From a virus: a stretch of 64,000 nt of DNA. Under the pieces are notes generated by a model. It was not told where the DNA came from and did no database searches. It saw only the letters and a list, made by a program, of their open reading frames with translations. Made by a program: the position numbers and the translations under genes. The stretch covers positions 8,881 through 72,880 of IMG/VR virus record IMGVR_UViG_3300037247_001169. One strand, given 5' to 3'. Position 1 is the first letter of the stretch. Each line of letters opens with the position of its first letter. Positions 37,841 to 47,338 of the stretch are shown here, piece by piece.

Positions 37841-38351
37841 GGGTTCGCTTTGCCGTTTTGGGTGTCTAGTTTGTGGTGGCTCGCTAATCCGCACTGGGCT
37901 CCTCGTGGACTTTGGCACGCTCATTACTTCCGGTTTCCTCCCAGCACTTGGCTCGCTTAACGCTCATGGCTGTCTTTTAGCTCTTGGCTCGCTCTTGGCT
38001 TCTGGTTGCCTCTCAACGTTTGGCTCGCTTGTCACGCGTGGGTGACTGCAACACTCTGGCTCGCTTCGTACACACGGGCGTCTTGCCTCCAATGGCTCGC
38101 TTTCACGCTCTGGTTGTCTACGATGACATGGCTCGCTCGTGCTCACTGGGTGCCTTAAGCCAGCTGGCACGCTCTTTTCGGTTGGTTGACTGTACTCGCT
38201 TGGCTCGCTCGTGTTCTGTGGTAGCCTCACGCGCGCTGGCCCACTTGGTCACCTGGTCGCCTTTGCAATTCGGTACGCTTGATGTTCATGGTTGCCTTTC
38301 AGATCCTGGCTCGCTAAGTAGCCTTGGGCGACTCCGAACCTATGGCTCGCT
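37841..38351 (-). ncRNA. TIGR-like dual-repeat guide array upstream of tas (14 units)
   Basis: Same repeats; edge repeats at 37841, 37877 ... 38237, 38271, 38307, 38343; one 34-nt unit. Confidence 0.9.
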
Positions 38352-38393
38352 CACCCGTGCCCCTTCTCCGTCATCCACAGGACCGCCACACCG

Positions 38394-38582
38394 TCAGTCG
38401 TCCTCAGCCTCACGCCCCGCTTGTTCAAGACGCGCTTGGATATATTCGTCCTCGCAGCACGCCATCGCGCCCCAGTCGGGATTCGCCGAGCCGCCAACCG
38501 GTTCACGCGTCTTCGTGTCCATCGTGTACAACGTGCCGCACTCAGGACAAATCCAAATCTCAGTTGGCGCTTGCCAGATCAT
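38394..38582 (-). CDS. Small Cys-rich protein
   Basis: CPECG...CC; ORF directly upstream of the array. Confidence 0.5.
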   Translation of the reverse strand: MIWQAPTEIWICPECGTLYTMDTKTREPVGGSANPDWGAMACCEDEYIQARLEQAGREAEDD

Positions 38583-38585
38583 AGT

Positions 38586-38981
38586 CTACGTCATCCCGCC
38601 GTCAGGCGCCGGATTCTCCGCCCGCACATACGTCCCATCGTTCGTCGGCGCCCGGCGGCGCGCTATCGTCATGTCCCCGGGTCGGCGCTTGACGGCGGGC
38701 GCGGGGTTCTCGGGGATTAACGCCCAGATTTCGGCCGCATTACATGGGGCGTAGTTGCCAGTACCGTACACGTGCGTGCGCCGGTGGCGGTCACCACTAA
38801 CTGCGTATCCATCGCGACACCACGTGCACACCGCCTTCGCCGCCGCTTCGAGGGCGTTGCGTTGGATGTCGCGGAATTCCTCCAGTGCCACATAGCCGGG
38901 GGCAACCCGACGGCCTGCAATCCATCGCCCTCTGGAGAATTTGCTACTCCACTCCTTCGCCGTTACCAGCCCGGTCGTCAT
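38586..38981 (-). CDS. Hypothetical protein (RDIQRNA...LIP.nPAPA family)
   Basis: ATGA overlap; motifs shared with 38978..39301. Confidence 0.55.
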   Translation of the reverse strand: MTTGLVTAKEWSSKFSRGRWIAGRRVAPGYVALEEFRDIQRNALEAAAKAVCTWCRDGYAVSGDRHRRTHVYGTGNYAPCNAAEIWALIPENPAPAVKRRPGDMTIARRRAPTNDGTYVRAENPAPDGGMT

Positions 38982-39301
38982 GGTTTCACCTCGCCTGCGG
39001 GCGCCGGGTCTTTCGGTATCAGCTTGCGAATCGCATCAGCGCAACTATGCCGCGTTAGCTTCGCTGCCTGAATAGTCACACGGTTTTCCACGATCACGAT
39101 GTCCTCAACCGCCTCCGCCGCCCTCTCGAGCCAGTGCTGCGCGACGTTGCGTTGGATGTCGCGGACCGTCGTCAGCATCCGCGCACGCCACTCGTGGGCT
39201 GCCGGCGAGTCTTTGCCGACCCCCCACGTCATCGGCGAGAAGCCGGACTCTTCCAGGTCCTCGACGATGTCTTCCGCCGTTATCAGATCGGTCTCGGTCA
39301 T
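38978..39301 (-). CDS. Hypothetical protein (RDIQRNV...LIPKDPAPA)
   Basis: AGGAG RBS; motifs shared with neighbour. Confidence 0.55.
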   Translation of the reverse strand: MTETDLITAEDIVEDLEESGFSPMTWGVGKDSPAAHEWRARMLTTVRDIQRNVAQHWLERAAEAVEDIVIVENRVTIQAAKLTRHSCADAIRKLIPKDPAPAGEVKP

Positions 39302-39310
39302 CGCTCGCTC

Positions 39311-39688
39311 CTACGCCCGCTGGGTGGGTAGTGCCTTCTCGATTCGCCGGACAAGCGATTCACTCGCCAAGCTGAACATCTGGTCCAGCACGGCAAACTC
39401 ACGATCCGAGACGAGTTGTTGCACGGCCGCACGATACGTTTCCATCTCTGCGGCGAACGTATGCAGCAACTCATGTCGTACCGATGCGAGCACATCCGCC
39501 TCGTCTTCATGCTCTCCCGGATCAAAAGTCAATGCGGCGCGCTGGTAACCCGGCTTGGCTTCGCACTTGGCCCGTCCCTCGTCGAGGCGGCCGCACTGCG
39601 CCTCGATTATCCAATCGCGAATCCCGAGCGTCGCGCAAATAGCCGGCACCGCGTCACTGATGATTCGTTCAACGTCCTCTGTCGTCAT
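39311..39688 (-). CDS. HExxH zinc metallopeptidase-like protein
   Basis: LGIRDW-I...VRHELLH; AGGAG RBS. Confidence 0.65.
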   Translation of the reverse strand: MTTEDVERIISDAVPAICATLGIRDWIIEAQCGRLDEGRAKCEAKPGYQRAALTFDPGEHEDEADVLASVRHELLHTFAAEMETYRAAVQQLVSDREFAVLDQMFSLASESLVRRIEKALPTQRA

Positions 39689-39975
39689 GCTCTTCTCCTA
39701 CGCCCGATAACGGCGTAATGCGTAACGTGTCTGCTAGGACGTTGCCTCAATCATCGCGTTCGCCAAATCCTCCAACGACAGTATCCACCGTGTGCCATCG
39801 GGCAGCCGCATAATCAACGCGGTCGGTGGTATCGTCGTATTGAATTGCCACTCTTTGCCGTCAGCGCCGCCCATCACAAACAGCCCTCGGTGCAAGTACA
39901 AAGCCCGCGCGTGAACAGGCTTCATGTTCACTCGGACTTCCTTTTTCGGCTCATCCGTTGGAGGATACGGAACAC

Positions 39976-40303
39976 CCATCACGTCTCCCTTCGTTCGTCG
40001 GTCACGTCTTTCGGGGCTTGCGTGTCGTCCCGGACCTTGTTCAATCCCAATTGTGCCTGCGCCCAGATATGGGATCAGCCACGATTTCCGGTCGCCTGCC
40101 GAACATGACAACGACCGAACCCCAATGCAGTTCCGCCAATGAACTCATTGGAGCCTGAGACAAATAGGGACGCCAGCGCCAATCTGCGCGCAGCGCAACG
40201 CAGCGCACTTTGTAGCGACGTATCCTGAAGTCCCGCCCGACAATCCACTTCGCCATCACGTCTCCCTTCGTTCGTCGGTCACGTCTTTCGGGGCTTGCGT
40301 GTC
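39976..40303. repeat. 51-bp exact direct repeat (39976-40026 and 40253-40303) bracketing one small gene
   Basis: CCATCACGTCTCCCTTCGTTCGTCGGTCACGTCTTTCGGGGCTTGCGTGTC occurs twice. Confidence 0.9.
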
Positions 40304-40716
40304 TTCGTCTTCGCCGCGGGGCGGGCGGCCTCTTCCACCAACTTGACGCCCTCCGGTAGGCACATCCCTCGAAGGCCCGTAAGCGGAACCGGCGTGTTCG
40401 CCTCAATGCACCGCCGAGCAACTTCTTGCACGCTGCGCCCATTCTTCAAGTGCGGTCCTGCCAGTTCGCGCCACCGGCGCCATTCCCTACCCGTGTAAGC
40501 ATAAGCGCCGAGCCGGAGCCTTCGCTTACGCCCCCTCCACCGACAGCCCTCCGGCCGGTAGCGCCGTACTTGATCCACGGACGGCCGCACGCCGTTCATT
40601 CTTGGCGCATCGCAGGCAGCGTCGATGAACGGCGTTCCCTCTATCCACAACCGCTGGTCGTTCTCTCGCAGCCACGTCCGAAGTTTCTCCCGTTGCTCCG
40701 CATCTAGCTTTGGCAT
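40279..40716 (-). CDS. Basic hypothetical protein
   Basis: GGGAGA RBS, 145 aa. Confidence 0.55.
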   Translation of the reverse strand: MPKLDAEQREKLRTWLRENDQRLWIEGTPFIDAACDAPRMNGVRPSVDQVRRYRPEGCRWRGRKRRLRLGAYAYTGREWRRWRELAGPHLKNGRSVQEVARRCIEANTPVPLTGLRGMCLPEGVKLVEEAARPAAKTKTRKPRKT

Positions 40717-41109
40717 TGCGTATCTCCCGCTCTCCCTGCGTCCTTCATCGCCGCCCGGTACACCGCCAGCAGACCGTAATCCGCGATCCGCCCCTTTAGT
40801 ATCCGGCAGCGCAGCTTACCGAATTGACGCACCTGCCACTTGCGGGCCTCGTCAAGTTCCCGGTCTACGCCCGTCAGCGTGCGGGTCTGGGCAGGGCAGC
40901 CCTTGTAGCTGTGCGACGGCTTGCGTTGTTTCTTAGCCATACATCACACCCACTCCGGCGTAAGACCCATGCGTTTCGCCCGGGCGTCGCCGGAACGGCG
41001 AGCGTCACCTTCTATCGCCCAAACGGGCTCCATCCATATCTTCCCCAAATGGGCTTGCCAATACTTCCCGCAAACATCGGTCCGCATCCTCACCGTCTTC
41101 CGTTTCTTC

Positions 41110-41469
41110 TTAGCCATCCTCAAACTCCGCTTGATAAGCCTCGCACGCTGCCCGCGCATACTCCCAACCCGCGGGGTCAACAAACGCACAGTGGCCGCCG
41201 CGCAACTGCTCGCCATTCGGCAACGTGACGGGCGCGACAATCCCCGTGCGGACCTGGTAGCTGCCCGCCAGCTCTTTGAGCACGGCGCGAATGCTGTCCG
41301 TGGTCATGTGGAAATCTTTCGCTAGGCTCACGATCGACACGCCACGCTGCCACGTTATGCGTCCGTTGTAATTGCCGTGGCCACCACCGCACGGCAGCGT
41401 GCAGAGGATTTCCATGTGTAGGCTGCGAGTCTCCAGCGCGATTCCCGTCGCTACGTCATCCATGGGCAT
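41110..41469 (-). CDS. Hypothetical protein
   Basis: GAGGAG RBS, 119 aa. Confidence 0.55.
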   Translation of the reverse strand: MPMDDVATGIALETRSLHMEILCTLPCGGGHGNYNGRITWQRGVSIVSLAKDFHMTTDSIRAVLKELAGSYQVRTGIVAPVTLPNGEQLRGGHCAFVDPAGWEYARAACEAYQAEFEDG

Positions 41470-41684
41470 TGGCGGTTACTCCTCGGGTGCCGGCACGGCA
41501 CATACCTCGACGATAGCCAGCTCCCTCAGTCCGCCATGGTCATCTCGCACCATGTAGCCGCCCATGACGCCCGCCGCGGTTTCTGTCAGCACGCGAGCGG
41601 TAATCACACGCTTGATCCCCGAGTCGCGCACCATCACTTGCTCACCAACCTGCCACGGACAATAGAGGTTGAACGCCGCTCCCA

Positions 41685-42665
41685 CTACGACTTCCGCTGG
41701 TTGCTCTGGCATTCCGTGTCTCCTATTCGTTGCCTTTGGTCACCTTCGAGATTCACATCATCCTGGCGCCTGAATTCCATCGTCTCCTGGCCGTTGCTCA
41801 CGCTAGGGCTCGGCGGTTCGACCGTGACGGCACCGCCCTGGCCCACACACTTGTCACGTGTGCCGCCCGGCAGGAACGACTGCGTGATCGTCCCGACCAT
41901 ATTCGGTTCGCCCAACTCTTCGCCTTCGACGGCCGTACCGGCTTCCCGCGCAAGCGCCTTGCGCCGAACCGCTGCCCCCTCGACAGTGCCGTGCAAGATG
42001 CAAAGCTCCTTCTCGCTCTGCGCCAGTATCCCCTTGCCCACGTCGCCCCGCTCTAATTCTCTGCGCAGCGCCGCGAACGATTCCGTATGCCGCGGGTGCT
42101 CGATGGGCTCATCGGGGCGCATCAAAAACTCCGGCACCGGCCACCCGGCGTCGCGGTGGTAGTCTCGCCAGCGTTCGGTAATCTGCCTGATCTTCATGGC
42201 AGCTCGCCAGTTCAGCAGCCCGTGCGGATCCGGTATCGACTTCAGGTAATGCGTGTTGCGAAGATCGTTGGGCCCCTTGGTCGTGCCGTGCCACGTGAAC
42301 AAGATCGGCGCGGTCTGCGCCCGCAGGTGTTCGTTAAACAAATCTTCCGGGGTATAGTCGCGGGCCTCAGTCCAACCGGCCTTGATCTTGTGCTCCCGAA
42401 TTTGGTCGAGCAGCACAAGAAGGTCGTTGCGGCCGCTGCTATAGGTCTGCTTCATGTCGCCAAGCACGACCTTCCACTTTGGCCCACGGGCGTCGGGTTC
42501 GTCGCCACGATGATGCTGCAGCGCCGACGCGATGTCCTCAACGTCCCGGTGTCGGAGACATCGCTTCCACACGCCCTCTCGAAATTCAACGGCCGATGTG
42601 ACGTACCGCGGCCACAATTTGGTCACCAGCTCGTAGACCTGCCGTTCACGCTCCTCCTCGGTCAT
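41685..42665 (-). CDS. Protein downstream of replication initiator (possible helicase loader/inhibitor-like)
   Basis: ATGA overlap with initiator; positional inference. Confidence 0.4.
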   Translation of the reverse strand: MTEEERERQVYELVTKLWPRYVTSAVEFREGVWKRCLRHRDVEDIASALQHHRGDEPDARGPKWKVVLGDMKQTYSSGRNDLLVLLDQIREHKIKAGWTEARDYTPEDLFNEHLRAQTAPILFTWHGTTKGPNDLRNTHYLKSIPDPHGLLNWRAAMKIRQITERWRDYHRDAGWPVPEFLMRPDEPIEHPRHTESFAALRRELERGDVGKGILAQSEKELCILHGTVEGAAVRRKALAREAGTAVEGEELGEPNMVGTITQSFLPGGTRDKCVGQGGAVTVEPPSPSVSNGQETMEFRRQDDVNLEGDQRQRIGDTECQSNQRKS

Positions 42666-43471
42666 GGCTTGCTCCAGGGATCGTTGCCCTTAACGTAGTC
42701 AAGCAGCTCGTTCGCCTGGGCGCTATCGCCGCGGCCGCCCGGTGCGTCCCGCCAGCGTTCTTCACAGAACCACGTTTTGGCCGTGGGCACGAATTCCCAA
42801 TCCGGCGTGCCCCGTTTGTCCGTCTGGTCCGCCTCGAACACCTGTACCCGCTCGAGCAGCGCGGCGGCCGTGATGTCACCCGACTGCAGCGCCTCGGCAA
42901 TTGCAGCCTTGGCGGGCTTTGAACCGATCGGTTTCGGGTGTGCTTCGAAGATGCGGTCGACTTCGGCTTGGCTGGCGCCCGATCCCGCCCCCCCCTCACA
43001 CTCCCCCTTACCTAATATAGATACAGAAGACAGAGGACAGAGGGGTGTTACCCCCTTTGCTATCTCTTTTGCTATAGGTGGTGCCATAGGCTTTGCTTTA
43101 GCACCCCACCTGATGGCCGCGCCAGCCCTACCAGCACGTGATTTCGTCTCACGTTGTTTGATATCGCGCACGACCCGACGCGAAAAAAGGGCACCGTCGT
43201 CGTCACGGTGCAGCACCTTTTCCTCAAGCAGCTCTCCTAGGGCCGTGTCGAATTCTTCACGGGTCCAACCAGCGAGCTTCTTGAAGATCCGTTCGTCGGG
43301 TATGGATCCTTTGGCAGTCTTTAGGGCGCCGGTTGCCGGCTCCATCGAATACATCGTGCAGATCAGATCCACATGCAGGGAACGCGCGAGGGCAGAACAA
43401 CCTCGAAGTTCCTGGTCGGTGAGCCAATCCTTGTGGAAGAATGGGAACCAAGGCCAATCGGCAATCGACAT
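42662..43471 (-). CDS. Phage replication initiator (YdaU/DUF1376-like N-terminus)
   Basis: PWFPFF-KDWL-D--L--CS--AR---DL-C-M, FSRRVVRD, AGRAG---RW, C-terminal HPK..K..A and P-AKTWF-EERW. Confidence 0.8.
   Translation of the reverse strand: MSIADWPWFPFFHKDWLTDQELRGCSALARSLHVDLICTMYSMEPATGALKTAKGSIPDERIFKKLAGWTREEFDTALGELLEEKVLHRDDDGALFSRRVVRDIKQRETKSRAGRAGAAIRWGAKAKPMAPPIAKEIAKGVTPLCPLSSVSILGKGECEGGAGSGASQAEVDRIFEAHPKPIGSKPAKAAIAEALQSGDITAAALLERVQVFEADQTDKRGTPDWEFVPTAKTWFCEERWRDAPGGRGDSAQANELLDYVKGNDPWSKP
43023..43100. repeat. Iteron-like 12-bp periodic repeats inside initiator gene (putative origin)
   Basis: TTTGCTAT at 43056 and 43068, degenerate at 43080 and 43092; ACAGAGG tandem nearby. 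Confidence 0.5.
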
Positions 43472-43569
43472 CCCTGTCCTCTCAATTCGCCGCCGGGCGA
43501 GCGTTGTATGTCATGTTTCCGTGCCCACTGCTCCGCAGAGCCCGGTCCCGTGGGCGGGGGCGGTATTAT

Positions 43570-44136
43570 TTATTCTGCCGATAGGACGACACCAACACGG
43601 TTCTTGGCATTGCTCAATTCGTCCCAGTCGACAAACAGAAATTCGTTTCCATCTGTCGGGTTTTTGCGACTATGGCGTCTGATCCATGCACCGTCGCCGA
43701 GATGCGCCCCGACGAACTCGTACAGATCCTTCGTGTAGCATATTCCGGCAGCCAAAAAGGCTCCCCGCCGGCGCGGTTCTGCGACGTATGCGTGTACTGT
43801 CAGCGTAGGATATAACCATCCAGAACGGATGGCGTCTATTCGCTTTCGCAGCTCCGTCTCGGCGCCCGTCGTCCGCTTTGACCGTATCGTGAACGTATAC
43901 CACGGCTCACCCCATTGCACGCGACTCGCCAAGCCCCTCATACGGCCATTCGCTTGCTGGATATGCCATCCGTCTATGCCGGCCAGCGTATCCAAGCATT
44001 GGCTCAAACTCTTCTCCGTCACGCTTTCAACCGCCACCAAAGTTCCATCTCCGCATTTGCCCTTGATCGCGGGCCACACAACCCGCTCGAAATCGTAGGC
44101 ACTATCGCTAAGGTCGCATGCAATGTCACTCCGCAT
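43570..44136 (-). CDS. Hypothetical protein coupled to methylase (possible nuclease fold)
   Basis: LD-LAGID-W...G-ASRVQW...FTIR..R.TG..TE; overlaps methylase stop. Confidence 0.55.
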   Translation of the reverse strand: MRSDIACDLSDSAYDFERVVWPAIKGKCGDGTLVAVESVTEKSLSQCLDTLAGIDGWHIQQANGRMRGLASRVQWGEPWYTFTIRSKRTTGAETELRKRIDAIRSGWLYPTLTVHAYVAEPRRRGAFLAAGICYTKDLYEFVGAHLGDGAWIRRHSRKNPTDGNEFLFVDWDELSNAKNRVGVVLSAE

Positions 44137-45310
44137 GCACGTCCACTCCGCGCTCTTCTGCGATATCGCACATCTCACGCGAGCTATCGCATCCGAGCCC
44201 GATGCGACCTAGCTTTTTCGCTGCGAGCAAGAACGTCCCCGTCCCGGCAAATGGGTCTACGATGACCCCACCCTCGGACGTGCTGTGACGTATGAACCGC
44301 TCGGCCAGCACGTCTGGCTTCTGCCATTCGTGAAAGCGGTCGCCCTGACGACCGTCCGGGGCACGAACGTCCTGCACGCTCCAACGTTCGTTGTGGATCG
44401 GACAGTTCAGGTCTGGCGCATCCCCCCCGACGAAGTAGAGGACCGCTTGCCAGTTGGCCTTGTAGGCGCCCTTCAGTGACGGACCCAGCGTATTGCGGTA
44501 TGTCCACACCAGGACCTGGGCGAGCGACACGTCAGCACATCGTTGGGCCGCCCCAAAATAGGCGTGAAGCTCCACCGGATAGGCGCCGATGCAGACGAAT
44601 GCTCGGCCGGTTGGCTTGACGTGCTTGATCGCTTCGGGCAACCAGGCGTTGGCGAAAGCCTCGATGTCCGGTATGTCCGTAGCGTAGGGCGGGTCCGTCA
44701 ACAGCAGGTCGCATTCGGGCTGCTCGCCGAGCCAGTCCTCCCAGCCAGCAAGATGCAATTCGGCCTTGCCTTTGGCGGTCCCCGCCGCCTGCTTTTGAAG
44801 GTACAGAACGTCGGCCTGAGCCAGCGTCGTACACTTGCCGTCCTTGACGGCCTTGAAGATGGCCTTCTGTCGCTTCCGGTCATCGTTCAGGCGAGCGAGA
44901 CGATACACGTCGCCGGTCTTCAGTACCCGTCCGGTGGCGGATGCTAGGTCTATCCAGCCCTCGCGTAGCTCCCCGAGGACGTGTACGCCCTGCCAGCGAG
45001 ATGATTGCTTATGGTTGATGCCTAGATCTAAAAGTGGGCTGCCTTCTTGGCAGTCCACTTTTTTGCCTACCCCGCGGGCACCATGCTGCTTAGGTATATC
45101 CTCCAGCAGCTCGCCAGCTCGGCCCTCAGCCCGTATCCTGAGCTTGCAGACCTCATCTTGAACCTCGCGGGTTTCGCCGATCTCGCGGGCGTAGGTTTGC
45201 AGCGCCTTCGACTTGTCGATGATGACCTTCACCTCTGGGATCGTGGTCGCCTGCGACAACGCCGACCGCATCGCGTCGTAAGCTACTATGTTTGTGTCTG
45301 CTTTAGCCAT
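44126..45310 (-). CDS. DNA methyltransferase (N6-adenine/N4-cytosine, beta class) with N-terminal extension
   Basis: DLLLTDPPY, H-WQKP, DPFAGTGT motifs. Confidence 0.88.
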   Translation of the reverse strand: MAKADTNIVAYDAMRSALSQATTIPEVKVIIDKSKALQTYAREIGETREVQDEVCKLRIRAEGRAGELLEDIPKQHGARGVGKKVDCQEGSPLLDLGINHKQSSRWQGVHVLGELREGWIDLASATGRVLKTGDVYRLARLNDDRKRQKAIFKAVKDGKCTTLAQADVLYLQKQAAGTAKGKAELHLAGWEDWLGEQPECDLLLTDPPYATDIPDIEAFANAWLPEAIKHVKPTGRAFVCIGAYPVELHAYFGAAQRCADVSLAQVLVWTYRNTLGPSLKGAYKANWQAVLYFVGGDAPDLNCPIHNERWSVQDVRAPDGRQGDRFHEWQKPDVLAERFIRHSTSEGGVIVDPFAGTGTFLLAAKKLGRIGLGCDSSREMCDIAEERGVDVHAE

Positions 45311-45344
45311 CCCTGACTCTCGTTTCACCCTATAGGAAAACAAC

Positions 45345-45544
45345 AAACGCCCCGGCCGAACGCTGGCCGGGGCGCCGTGAAGGATCGACCCGCCGCACGC
45401 ACGGCGGGATCGTTCACAAATGAAAAGCCGCCGCTGGGCTTGAGCTGATTGGCACCAGAGTCACCCGAGACGGCGGCGTCGAAACCTAATTGTACCAACT
45501 CTAGTGCCATAATTCTAGCCTACTACATTCTCGGACGTTTGCAA
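45345..45544 (-). promoter_or_regulatory. Promoter plus attenuator-like leader 2 upstream of methylase/replication genes
   Basis: TTGCAA-16-TAGGCT; 5' TGGCACTAGAGT complementary to ACTCTGGTGCCA inside GCCGCCG/CGGCGGC-TTTT terminator; two more hairpins follow. Confidence 0.6.
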
Positions 45545-46426
45545 GCTGTGCCGAATGCGGACACAACTCGCCGCCGGGCGAGCGCTTTATGTCACGTCGC
45601 GGTCCGCCTCCAGCCACTGCTCAACCGTTATTCTCAGATCGAGCAAACAGGAATCGCACAGGTCGATGTGCAGATTCTTTTCATCAACGGCGTTCCGGCT
45701 GGCGATTGTTGCCGCCATTTGGCAGCCGCACCCCGCCAAGTCACGCTTACATCTGTCACAGATAGTCATCGTCTCATCCCTTCGCTGTGTCTCCAGGCCA
45801 CCGAATCCGAATCCGGCAGCCGCACGTCCGCACGATATCCTTGCCGGCCGTAGGCTTTGGCCGCGACATTGCACCGCAATTCGCGCACTTCGAGGATGGG
45901 GTCACCAGCTCCACGTTGTCCGCACACGCCTGGGCGGCCGTCATTCCTCGGCGGTGGCACATCGCGTGGTCGCACTTACGGCACGCTCGGCCGACGCTCC
46001 AGGTTGCCTCGTAGCACTCCGCGCCTTTCGTCGGGACGCTCAGAAACGGGCCACACAGTATAGCGTTCAGTTCACCGGTCATCCGCCACCTCGCCGCCGT
46101 ATGCGTTTCCACAGCCATTTCCCAATCGGGGGGCCGTCGATAATTCCGTCCCAAATGAAATGGAACCCCGCCAGGGCAAACATGACAATAAAGCACCACA
46201 CGAAGAGTTCACCCATCGTTCGCCTCGTCGTCCTCGTACTCTTCTGCCATCGCCTCGGCACCGTCCGCCAGGCGTTTCGCGTTGTCCTGTTTCCGTAGCT
46301 CATCGCGACGATTCCGAAGGATATCTAAGTGCCGTTCGTAAATCGCCGCCAATTCTCTTTCGCCCTTCGCCTTTGCCAGTTGCAGATGAGACTGCGTTTC
46401 TAGGATCGCTTTGGCTACGTCTTCGC

Positions 46427-47338
46427 TCATGCTCGGTCTCCCTTACTCCCACCCGCCGCGTCGGCGTCCACATCGCACACATACCGCCCCTTGAAATCCA
46501 CCTCGTAGAGCTTGGTCCATTCGGGCTCCGGCGGAACAACGACGTCGTCATTATCAGAGGCGCTGTCGGCTACGCGAGCCGACCATTCTCCGGCTTCTCG
46601 CTGTTGCTCGTCGGTCCACGCCGCAATGACTTCAAGCGGAATGGGTCGCGCCACCAGGAGTAGGCCATTTTGCACGATCTCCGGCGTCAGCTCCGTCCGC
46701 TCGGGGGCGCCGTCTCGCATTCGGCGAATCCTGACTTCAGGCAACTCGTCAATGACCGGCTTGTAAGCGCCGCAGGCTTGCTTGTAGTCGTCGGTCATCT
46801 CCGTCCGCTCGTTGGCGAGGAGGTTCTCGGCGCGCTGGCACAAAGCCTCAAACTGTCTCGCAAGAGCAGTACACTCCGGAGCTTCCGAAGCGTCCACATT
46901 CGGTTCTTCGCCGGTGAACTCGACGAGGTTGTTGTCGATGAACCCCATAAGCTCCCTCAGCGCCTCGAGCGCCGTGGGCTCCGTCTGCTCGGGTGCGGGT
47001 GCGTCGGTGAGGAGGGCCTCGGCAGCAGGAACAGGGCAAGAAGGGTTATGTGTTATCACGCCGTCGGCAGTTCGGCTCGCCACACACAACGCGCAGGCCG
47101 CATTGCGGTTCTTTGCCAACTCGACAAGTATTCTCAGCACCTCCAGCGGCTCGGCGTTGGCGTCGGCCTGGATATTGCAGACCACCCCAAACAAGTAATG
47201 CTGATTCGGAACACGTGCTAGGGCGTTGTCTTTAAGCCATTCTTCCGCCGTCTTCATCGCTCGGTCTCCCATATCCGCAGCCAACGTTTCGGTGCCAGGC
47301 GACGGCATTTCTCGCAGGTGACGTTTTTCCACCACCAA
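46427..47338 (-). CDS. Mosaic hypothetical protein (start uncertain, possibly 47257)
   Basis: Long ORF in small-gene region. Confidence 0.5.
   Translation of the reverse strand: MVVEKRHLREMPSPGTETLAADMGDRAMKTAEEWLKDNALARVPNQHYLFGVVCNIQADANAEPLEVLRILVELAKNRNAACALCVASRTADGVITHNPSCPVPAAEALLTDAPAPEQTEPTALEALRELMGFIDNNLVEFTGEEPNVDASEAPECTALARQFEALCQRAENLLANERTEMTDDYKQACGAYKPVIDELPEVRIRRMRDGAPERTELTPEIVQNGLLLVARPIPLEVIAAWTDEQQREAGEWSARVADSASDNDDVVVPPEPEWTKLYEVDFKGRYVCDVDADAAGGSKGDRA

Noticed and set aside
36163-38351. CRISPR array
   Set aside because: Repeats are two alternating 9-mers with 9-nt spacers, not 23-47-nt repeats with ~30-nt spacers; no cas operon.
36163-38351. Self-targeting of guides within this window
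   Set aside because: No match noticed by eye; the search was not exhaustive and needs computation.
36359-38754. ORFs with WLA/LAR/SEP 12-aa periodicity over the arrays
   Set aside because: By-products of the 36-nt repeat in several frames, broken by 34- and 37-nt units.
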